Program-made: the position numbers and the translations under genes
DNA from: a virus
Lineage: Duplodnaviria; Caudoviricetes
Direction: 5' to 3' (one strand)
Length of the DNA stretch: 27,598 nt
Virus record (IMG/VR): IMGVR_UViG_3300017763_000135
Location: 1-27,598 of that record
Notes under the pieces: model-generated
Database searches by the model: none
Told to the model about the DNA's origin: nothing
The model's input: the letters and a program-made list of their open reading frames with translations, nothing else
Shown: piece after piece, positions 9,653 through 21,600 of the stretch
Position numbering within the stretch: the first letter of the stretch is position 1
How the letters are laid out: each line of letters opens with the position of its first letter

Positions 9653-12600
9653 TACGTAGTTGTGGTATATCCCACAAATGCTAGAGATCTCTCTCTTACC
9701 ACAAGTGGGGAGGTAGTAATGCCACTTATTCCTTGTGAGTTATATGGATTATAGGTAGTAGAAATTGCTCTACTCTTAACTACAATTCTACCCCAACTAT
9801 ATGAACCTTGATAATGTGATGTAGTCATTCCAGTGCTTCCAGTCCAATTAGCATCAAAATCAAATCCTACAGGAGGGTTATCAACTCTTGCACGAACTCT
9901 TGCTGTTGCTGTTCCAATTCCACCCATATTTCTAGGTTCTTTTACAACTTCTATTACTTCATAAACTCCATCAATATATGAAGTGCTTATACCCAGAACT
10001 CCACCAGCACCATCATAACTTGTGATAGAAGTATTTGCTGTTCCAACATTAGAGTTGTAGATAGTAAATGCATCCCCTTGCTCAATTTGAGAAGTGGTTA
10101 TCGCAAACCCAACATACTTAATATTATCGAAAACTTGATCCTGCGCTGGAATAAAGAGGTCAAACAGTGCAAAAGTTTCTCCTGAAATAGAAGTTGTTGC
10201 AAATCCAACAACTGTTCCAGAATCTCCTCTATAACCATCTGGGAAATAAACCTCACATTGTTCAAGTTTAGATGCTTGTGCAGGAGAAATTAGAACTTTA
10301 GGTGCTGTTACCGTTGAATATCCAACACCGCCATTAGTTATTGTTATTCCAGTAACAACTCCATTCGTAAGCGTAGCGGCCGCAGATGCTGTCCCACTTG
10401 TGCCAATACCTACACCATTTGTACTTGCAATACTTACCGTAGGAACTGTAAGATAACCATGTCCACCATCTGTTATTAATATTGATGAGACGGTTCCTGC
10501 AATAGAAACAGTAGCAGTGGCAGTAGAAGGTGATATTTCCCTTTGTGGGTGAATTTTAATTACGTTTTGGGCAAGTTGTCCTTGAACGGTAGTAAATTCA
10601 TCACTTTGATTGAACAGAGGTCTAGTAGTATTAACACTAAACACTGTATCACCAAGACCAACTGGTTTAATTAAGTATGCATATGGTATAATATTTGGTT
10701 CATAGAATGTTCTTGCCTTAGAGATTGGCAATCCATTAATTATCTTATCTTCACTTTGACGACACCAATCAACTGGTCTAACTAAATCAATATCGGCAGA
10801 ATTTCCTGGTCCAAAATACGGAAGAGTTTCTACTGTATCTGTTGAAACAACATCTGTAACAGTTCTCTTATTCTCATCTAGAATAACATCATTTGAATTA
10901 ATATTAAGAGTATCTCCTTCTTTTACTGTTTGTATTACCTCAGTTTCAATAACATCAGTTTCACCATTACCTTTATAGAAAAGAATTCTTAAGAAATCAC
11001 CAACTCTAGGTGCTTCGGTAAATCTAATTCTATTTCCACCAAAGAAGAAATATGATTTTTTAGGGACTTGAAGAATATTATTTAAAAATACCAACAATAA
11101 CTGATTAGGATCAATTTTTGAATCTTTTGAAGCAATGATAGACAGTCTTTTTCCGTCTCTAAATAGCGGGAAAAGTTTTCTCCTACCATTAATATAAGCG
11201 TCAACATTATCAAGTAGTTCAAGTTCACCAACATTCCACCCGTTGAATGTATCATCAAAAGTCTTTTGTACATTAATTTGGAATTCACTAAAGTTTGATA
11301 ATGTCGGAATTCCTGCCAATCCTCCAGTTTGCACTGTTAAGATATTGTTATCTCCATATGCATAACCACTATTTGTAAAGTTGAAAGAAGATACACTAGA
11401 ACCATTACTGACTAAAACATCAACTCTAGCTTCCGTTCCTAAACTAACTACTGTATTATCATTAGAAAATATTAAGGGAATATTTCCATATGGTTCTGGA
11501 TCATCAAATATTATCTGGGGCATTAATTCTTGATCTATATCAAGATCATATCCTGGATTGGTTATAGTAACATTAGGTGAAATATGTCCAGTTCCAATTA
11601 TGACAGTTGCAAAACCAATATGTTGAATAGATGTAGTTGCTGTACTAACAACAGCACCTGCATCAGCAGAAACAAATGTATGGGTATATTGACCACCAGC
11701 ACGAACAGCATTTAATGCTGGACCTTGGAATGAGTGGAGATAGTTACCTCCAGAGATAACTGCTCCAGTCGTTGCAGATACGAATGTATGTACGTCAGTA
11801 TTTGTAGAAGGAATGGTTGTTAATACTTGAAGTGTGATTGTAGTTTCAGTTACTGACGCGATGTTAATTGCAGTATCATAGAATGGATCATTGCCATTAG
11901 ATCTCGGATATGATTTTTCAGCAGCAGGACCAGTAGCACCACCATATCCACAACTAAATGTCAATGACTCAGTTGCTAATTTAATACTTGTACCAGCAGT
12001 TAAATTATGCGTACCAATTTCAAGAACCATCAATCCTGTGCTAGGATCATATGTTGTTCCTGCACCTGGTGTATATGTTACCAGAGGTGAAGCACCAACA
12101 TTGACAGTAATTGTGTTAGAGGTTACTGCAGTAATATCAAGAGTAGTATTTGCCGCAGGATCAGTTGCGCGAGGATATGTCTTGGTTGCTGTATTGCCAT
12201 CCATTGCACACTTAAAGGATAGAGAATCAGTTTCAATAGATATACCTCTATCAGCAACTAAATTATGACTACCAATAGTAAGTTCCAAATCTCCTGTTGC
12301 TGCAGTATATGTTGCATCTGTAACATTAAAATATGCAAAGGTTGAGAGACCAACAAATGCTTTTACACTTTGATCTACAACATCTTCAAGTCTTATAGGT
12401 CTATTCCATGCGTTGGTATCAAGATTTGGTCTAGGGTATGATTTAACTCTAGTATTATTATCACTAGTACAACTAAAGTTTAAACTTTTGTCTTTAATTA
12501 TAATATAATCACCCTGGGTTAATTCATGACCTACTGGAAGAGTCATAGACATAAATCCAGTTTCTGGATTATAATCCGCACCTAATACATCATAAGTAAG

Positions 12601-15600
12601 ACCTGAAACTACTCCTGGACTAATACTACTAGTAGCAGCACTAACATTAACAATACCATATGGAAGTGTTACACCAATACTTACCTGAGTTCCAGATGGG
12701 ATATCATAAACCGAAGTTTGAGTTGATGTAAGTTCAATAAAAGTATTACCAATACCATTAAGTATCGTAGCATATTGTGCTCTAAATGTTCCAATACCAA
12801 TATATGCATTAGTTCCATTATAAACTTCACTTAAAATACCAAATACGCTATTTAAATTATCTATGAAAATCTCTGTTGTACCAGCAGAAACTAGATGATT
12901 TGTTTTTGTAATAATTTCATGATATTCTTGAGACCTATATCCACTTCCCGTAAAACCAACGCTAACAGATGTTACCGCCCCTGATGCACTTACAGTAACT
13001 GTACCTGCTGCAGAAACAAGAGGTTGGTATCCAAAACCCTCAGTGGAACCAATAGACTGAATAATACCAGCAGCAGGGAAACTACTAATTCCAACATCAT
13101 AACCAATATCTCTTGCATCACCATTAAATACAGCACTGGTAATACCTGCAGTGTATTCTATCATTCTATAATCTTCTTCAACTGTAATTCCTGGAAGTTG
13201 AAATACGCTATTGATTAGTATAATAGCATTTTCATTTGCAATATCTGCAATATCTTGACCATCCGTTGTTTTTAATGGGAACGTATTTTCAAGCGCATTA
13301 AATTTATCCGATACGTCTTTGAATACAGTATTTCTTCGATAGGTTTCACTGGTGCCAGTAGAAACCTTTCCTCTCATATAACTTCTTCCATGAAAACTAG
13401 AACCTTTAGCAATTCCCTCCCAATCAATTGAGTTAGGGTCTGATGGGTCTGATACCGGGTCAGGACCATAAGGTGGTTCTGCAAAACTAATTGTACTATC
13501 AATTATATTGTAGTTGCCAGAAATTTTAGTTATTATATCACCAGCTGCATGGTTGGCAAACTTAGTTCCTAATCTTGCTCTCCTAACTCTTACTTTATTT
13601 GAAGTATTGTTAGCACCAACCCCAGAAATTTTCATAATTTCATTATTAATTTGTACAAAGTCTCCACCAAAAAATGAAGTTACTCCAACAAATTCAATAA
13701 TATCGGTTGTTGAAAGTGCTGTTGCATTTAAAGAACTTGTAATTGCTGTAGAAACAACAGGACTTTGAATAATATTATCAATAGTAACAAGAACTCTTGA
13801 ATTTTGTTTAGTTGTTAAGAATCTATGTGAAGTTCCACTTCCCACACTTGTAATATTAATTAAATTTGGATTTGCTAACTGCGCGTCTGCTGGACTAGTT
13901 GCTAACCCAACAAAAGTATCATCAATTTTAACCATAAAGAGATTTTCAATATCATTAGGGAGAATAGTAGTTAATCCAATTCCAGTGATAAATGTTTCGC
14001 CTACACCAATTGCAGAAGATGGGTCATTTACGTCGTTTCTGTAATAACTAACTCTTTCTCCTGAAACGAAGAAATGGTTTGGTAGCTTAATTGTGTTATC
14101 AGTTGTGCTAACAATACCAGGATTTCCTCCGTCAAACCAATTTTCAAAAATATCCTGACCTTCATGAGTTAAGTCAAAATCAGTTTTAACCGCATTAAAT
14201 GTTCCAACATAATCATCTCTATCAGTAGTAATAATACCATTATTAAAATTAGTAATTGTATCAACATCATCTGATGTTTCTGATTTTAACTGTTGAGCAA
14301 GAAGATTTACCTCTACATCTATATTTGGAATTGGCGTAAATCGCAACTCAGCACCAAATCCAGTATCATCTATTGCTCCACCAAAAGTACCAAGACCAAC
14401 ATAAGAACCAAGTGTATCTGATGTAGTTCCCAGATTTGAGAACTCTGTTACGTAGATATCACTACTTATACCAACACCATTAATAGTATCAACCACAAAT
14501 AATTCTACAAACTCATGTCTATTATTAGTTTTATCTGCAATATGTACATAATATTTTGCTGCATGGAATTCTTCAGAATTTGCAATATACCTATAATCAT
14601 TAATGGTTGTAATTCCAGGGCTTGCTGATGCTGCAATAGTGGTAGATTGACTTTGCATTCTAGCATGGACCATATTAAAATCCGTAGAACCACTAGTAGC
14701 AGTTTGTGCTAGTCCAATTTGAATTGTATTGATAACCGCAGTTGTTCCAATACCAACATTTGGTACATACTCTACTTTAAAATTATTACCCTCAATATAT
14801 GGGTAAAAAGTTCCATATCCTATAGATCCTTCAGTATTTGCCGGTGGATCGGAAACGGCACCGAATTTAGTAGCCAGATGTGCAAATTCTCCAGAAGTTA
14901 CTATGTTAGTTCCATCATGAACAAAATTAATTTGAACAAATTGAAACTCTTCATTCTGTTCTCCACTATCTGGATTGATTGTGACCATAACCGAAACAGA
15001 ATTATAAGTGCTTCCAATAGAAACAATAGTAACACCTGTTCCAACAGTATTCAATTCTGTGCTTGATGTGTTTATTATTGCAACATCACTAAAAGAACTA
15101 CTTCCTATGCCGACAAAATTATCATCGATTTTATAAGAAAGGTATGAAACATTAAAATCATTAAATGCTACTTTGTCTGATATGGGGAAGTATTGAATTA
15201 ATCCTTCTCCCCTTTCAATTGCAAAATCAAATGACCCCATATCTGAAATCGTCGAATTTATAGCATATTCATTAGTATATCCATAAGTTCCATCATGAAT
15301 AACATCGAAGATGGAAACTTGCCTTTCTGAAGTAAATCTTTGATCTCTTACAAGAGTGATAAATCTTAAAAATCTTGACTTATCAAGATCAAATCTATCA
15401 ATATTAACAAATTCTTCACTTCTTGGTCGATGACTAAACAAACTACTAATATCATCTATTGATAAAACTCTATTAGAAACTGCCTGGTCGAATGATGATA
15501 TAAGTCTACTTTCAAAAATAATTTGTGTAGAAACTAAATCAACATCTCCCAAAGAAATAAAATTTTCTCTAACTAAGTCAAAATCATTAACACAATTAAT

Positions 15601-18600
15601 ATCTATAGTTTCTACAATATCTTTTATAAGGTTTACATAACTAGAACCTTGAGTTGGGGAAGTAGATACTTTAAGACCTTTTTCATATGACTCTAACTGA
15701 TAGTTCGCAAATTTTTTGTATCCAGCAACATGATTCATTGAAGATACAGGATCATTCCATATTTGTAATGGAACAGTAGATTTTAGAGAATATGAGAAGT
15801 TCTGATAATAATCGTTATCAGGAATTCTTTGAAGGTCGTTATTTAAAAATCCTGCAATTGCTTTCCAACCTCTATTCTGTTTAATTGTACTGCCGTATTT
15901 ACCATATTCTTTGAATGGGAATAATACGCTACCAACTGTTCCAATAGACTTTGAGGTTTGACCAGTAATATTTTCATTACCCTCAAATTCATCTATAGAA
16001 TTAACTTTAAGAATTGAAAATTCTTTATCCCATTCTTCTACAATAGCAGTCTTATTATTACTTCTAATTATCTCATCTTTAATAAATTCATTCTTTTTAA
16101 TCTTTATATCAAAAATTGGAAAGTCTCTTTGTGGGAGTAATCTTGCAGCTGAATTAATTTTATCGTATGCAATAACAGTTTCAGTATTTTTTAACTGTTC
16201 TGCCATACTGAATGAAACAGACCCTGCTCCACCACCAAGATTTGGATCAATTGCAGTAATTGTATATAAATCGTAATTAAATTCTGAACTATTAAACCCT
16301 CTAGAGTTTCCAATACCCGGATTAGAACCCTCAATCATTATCTTTTCACCAATAACAAATGGGTAGTAGTCCCCAACAGAATATTCTGTTGCTACTGTTG
16401 CTGTAGCAATTTTAGACGTTGAGTCATATACAATACCATTACTAAGTTGACTATTGTCAATAGGAACACCTGCCCCAGAATTTATTGGATAAATTTTCGG
16501 AACAACATTATTCATCCCATAAGTATTACGTAATATAGTTACTTCAGCACTAGTGCTGGTATATTCTAAGTCAATATCAGATACTATTTCTTCAGAAACT
16601 GCATCAACAACTACTAGTTGTTGTTCTCCAAAATAACCTCTTCCAAAAGAAGAAATTCCAATAAAATCAATTGATGAGAATGGAGTTATTTTTAAAGATT
16701 GTGAATAGTAAAATAATGGTCTAATCGTTTGATCATATGGAAAATCATATCCATAATTAGTTATTTCAACATTTTTAACTAACCCAATATCTAAACTTTG
16801 CAATTCCAAATCACAATCAACACCATTAATAGAGGTTACTGTTGTAAAACCTGGAAGTGTATTGTAATTGTCCCCAGTGTTTAAAATTTCTAGTTGAGAA
16901 ATGGGACCATCTGTATGTGTACAGTCTGTAATATATGACAATGATGCATTAGTTGATCCATAAGATACAACTTCTGGTTCACTAGTCAAATTATATGTAA
17001 ACGTACTGGCGGTAGAAACTTTTACCTTGTGTGAACCAGAATATGAACTAGGTGAAACTTTAATAAAACCTGCACCATTTACGGTTGTGTCAAGATATAC
17101 ATCTTTCTTTGTTTTTGATAGTGGAACACCTTGAGTATACTTTGGAACAAGGTTGTAATACAAATCTTTAGGTGTATTAGAATCTAAAAATAATGTTACA
17201 GTAGCATTTGAACCTACTATACCACTTTTTACTACTTTAAATTCACTATCCTGTGGATTTTTTGTCCACGGTTTGGTAAATGTATTTCCAATATAGAAAT
17301 CTAACTGAAATCCAGGATATTGAGATGAAAAATATTCATATTGCAAAGAAGGATCTGATAAGTCAAACTTAAGTGTACTATATCCTTCAGTATCAATAGT
17401 TGGGTTTACTGGACTTAATGTCCCCGCAGTAGTTGCAACACCAACAACAGTTATTGGTTGATCAAGTTTTGAATTATAAAGTGTTTCTGAAAGTTTAAAA
17501 TTGTTATTATTAATTTTTACTGCAAAATATGGACTGTTATTAGAGTAAGCAGATTCTGACCATTCACTGGTATGAATTAACTTATCACCAGTAGAAAATC
17601 CATGGTCTTGAATAGTAATAACTCCAGTTGATGTATTAATGCCAGTCGGTTCAAAAGATTTTGGATTTATTAAAATATTTCTATTAAAATCATCATATTT
17701 TACAACTACAGTTTTTCCAACTTTGGGTTGAACATCAAATAATATTCTATGATCAGAACTTAAACCATGAGTAGTTGCAGTTGAAACAATAACTCTATTT
17801 TTAATTGCATCTGAAGTAATTTTGGGATACTGTGTTGTAAAACTATGATATGTAAATGTACCACGATTAATAAAATCAACTGGACCAATATCTTTAGTTG
17901 TTGCCGCTATACCAGAAAATACTCCTGTCGATCCAATCCCAACTTTAACTGTTGAAATTCCAATAAAATCTTTATCAAACTTAGCGACATAATATGTTCT
18001 ACCATTAACTAAGTCAGAACCAATACCAGACGTTGTAGTAGAGTCTTCATATTTAATTGAACTACCTCCACCATTATTAATATTATATACTACTGCATCA
18101 CCAGTTTTTAGGTCATGACCTCTCAAGTATATTGACTTTGGTTTAATATAAATTGATGTACCACCAGCTCCTGGAACTTCAAATGATATCGTACTCCCCG
18201 TTCCAGGATTCCCATACCCACCAGATAATCCAACAGATTCTTGTGGGTCAAAATAATACTCTTTATTAGGTTTAAACTTAAAGGATTTATCATGATCAGA
18301 TTTAAATTCAAATCTCCTTTGGTCTATAGTTGCTGCAACCCCTACCGTATGAACTCCTGAAACAGTATCATCAAACTCTCTAATAATTCTAAGTCTTCCT
18401 GATAAGGAGTCTACATGTAGAACTTTAACTCTTTCTTGATGAATCTGAATAACATCATTTTCATTAATACGATCAAAGTTTGAATTTGATACATGCACAA
18501 AAGTTACAATTCCCGTGTTTGACACTGGACCTAGAGCATGTGCAGTGGTCCCTAAACCAATTAATGTAAGAGTTGTTGCTGGAACTACTACAGAATAATT

Positions 18601-21600
18601 ACCTTCTAATTTTGATCTAGTTGTAGAAAAATTAGTTAAGGATATTAATTCGCCATTAAAATACCCATGAGCAGTAGATGCTACCCCAACAAATATACCT
18701 TTTTTCCCAGACGACAAAATTTCAATAAGAGTTTCACTATGTTCATTCTCAATTTTACTAATTTCTTTACCTTCTACGAAAGAAACTTTAGCAGCAACTC
18801 CGTTTCCAGTATTTTCTGTTTGATCGAATACTAATCTATCTCCTACTTTGTAAGAGTTTCCTCCACTCAAAACTTTAATGTTACTGACTTTACCTTTAGA
18901 AATATTTTTAATTGTTACTTTTTGATTTAAATCATTTGGTAAATTGATATATGGATATCTAACATCTTTATCAAAGAAATTATATATGGTGGTATTTCTC
19001 TTATAATCACTGTTATTCAAATCAAAACCATCTTGATTTGAATTTTTTTCAGTATTAAATTTACTTGGGACTGAGAAATAATTGTCTCCAATTAGATATG
19101 GGAAAACTGGTCTTCTATAATCTCTAAAAGGACCACTGTCATCAGAAAGTTCACTTATTGTAGTAAAGTATGCATATGTTCCATTTGGAAATTCTGGTGT
19201 TACACAATATCTTCCATTATTTTCATCAAGAACACTATCATCGTCAACTCTATAATACGTATAATCCTCAATAAAATATCCTGCAGGATAATTTGGTGGT
19301 CTATTTGATTTTAAAGAGACCTCATTATAATATCCACTCTTCATTCTTACTGCTACACCACCTGAGTTTGCAGAATATCCATAAGGTCCATAGATAGGAT
19401 TTCCATCATAGGACCATCCAATAATAGGAGAGTGGTTAGGAGAATCAATCTCAACCCTATTAAATGGAAGATCACTTGTTCCATATTTTTTACTACCTTC
19501 AGAATCGCTTGGTATTAACTTAGATCTTAAATATCTTGGGGCAAAAAGATGAGAATATTGAATACCAAAGTTTCCAAAACTTGAAAGAGTTAGAATACCA
19601 TCATCTTTTTCTAATTTGTCTAATACATCTTCAAATAAATTAATTTTCCAAGATTGAAGATTTGCTTTGAATTTTGATTGTGAGAGAGATTCTGAAGATA
19701 CTGCTCGAATGTTAGTATTGAGACTATTGTATCCTCTACCACCTTCAACTACAATAATTTTTTCAATTCTACCATCACTTCTAATAATTGAAGTTAGCAC
19801 CGCACCTGTTCCATCACCATCTACGACAATATCTGGAGCAGAGGTAAAATTATTACCTCTATTTAAAACAATTGCTTCTGTTATGCTACCATTATTGATA
19901 ATGGCGTTAATTTGAGTGCCTTGTCCAATAGAATATGTAATAATTGGGGTTCTTTCAAAATCTTGAATATTAGTTACCCCATACCCAACTCCGCCATTTG
20001 AAATATGAATATTATTAATAGAACCTAAGAATTGTGGTTGAAGTTCTGCAACAAATTCAGTACCAATAGCAGTTTGACCAGTTAAAATAACTTGAATTGG
20101 AGGATGATTAAAAATATGAGTTCCAATTCCAGTTGTGCTTATATTTACATATTCTTGTCTATCTGCAAATATATTGATAGTATTGCCAACACCTATTTCT
20201 GATAGGGTAAAACTGTCTTTATCCAATACTGTAGCAATATAGTCAGTATTTAATGAAAGACCTGCTAGTTGAGTATCTGTTCCACTAGCAACTCCCATAT
20301 ATTGGATTCTATCACCATTAGTATATCCATGATTAATACTATTGACACTATTTGTTGCTGTATTAATGCCTGTATGTTGACAGATTACTTTTTTATTTGA
20401 ATATCCTTCTCCAGGTTCAATAATATTAATAGAATCTATTTGTCTTTTTTTAGTTAATGCTGTAAGGCTGTGGACTCCATTTCCGTATACCGTAAGTGAT
20501 ACGGTGTTTATTCCAGAAACAGCATCATTTCTGGTATTATACAATTTTAGATTATTAAGATCTTTTTTACCATCAACATCAAAAATTCCTATTGCATTGC
20601 CCATTTTTTCATGTTGTTGACATGCGTAGTACAGAGTTGAGGGCGCTGTATCATCAACTGTGATACTGATACTACGATTTGAGGCAGCTGCAAAACCACT
20701 TGCATATGCACTATATGTAACGTTTACTCCATCAAGAGTGTAAGTTACACCAGTCTCATATCTGTCATTACCGCCATAGGAACCTTCTACTGTGCTAAAG
20801 TATATGGCATGGGATGCAGATGATGCATTGTTTTGATTGAATATGTAAGTTTCACCGTGAATAAACTGTAAGTTAGGTGATTCTGATGTTGTATCATAAT
20901 CGCCACCAATGATATAATATCCGTTTCCAGATCCTTGACCGAAGTAAGGATGACTTGATGTTTTATTAGCAACAGTTACTGAGTAAGTTATAGTTCTATC
21001 AATTAAACCGACAAAGTAAGTAGTATTTGTAGTTAAACCAGTAATTCCTAACTGGTCACTAGTTTGATAAACAACTTCTTCGTAATCTCTAAATTTATGA
21101 TAAGTTGAAAAACCAATACTATTAATTGGATCTAGTTGAATAAATTTACTATCAAAATTAGCAGCATTATCTGTTGACTTCACGTTTACTAAAACTGAAG
21201 CACCACTACCATTACCACCAACTATTTTAATAGTCGGAGTACCTTCATAATCAAATCCTCTATTTACGATTTTAACTTTACTTAGAGAACCTGTGACACC
21301 GAGAAAACCACTAGCGTTCTTACCCCTTCCATTGTCTTCAATAACTAAATTGGGGGGATTAATAATATTAAATTGATTATCCGAAGAATTTACATCAATA
21401 CTTTTGATTTCTCCATAATAGATATTATTTTTTGACTTATAGTTTAAAATTTCTACGCCATTTAACAAAATCCCAGTCATTCCAGGAAGAGTTTTTACTT
21501 TTTCTGAAGAACTTTCTAATGGTAAAGGAATTTCTCTCAATAATTTTTGATCTAGAAGATTTTTTTCATGAAACTCATGAAGTCTGACTTTATTATTTTT

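Noticed and set aside
1274-19915. Plus-strand ORFs in the track (e.g. 1746-2411, 2781-3272, 5613-6128, 11891-12268, 14719-15066, 19667-19915)
   Set aside because: They lie wholly antisense to long conserved genes, have no recognisable motifs, and mostly use non-ATG starts. They are best explained as shadows of the coding-strand codon bias.
8614-20972. Short alternative-frame minus-strand ORFs (8614-8805, 11082-11288, 14505-14693, 18123-18311, 20787-20972)
   Set aside because: They are 61-68 aa, nested out of frame in gp8 or gp7, with no recognisable protein features. Expected by chance.
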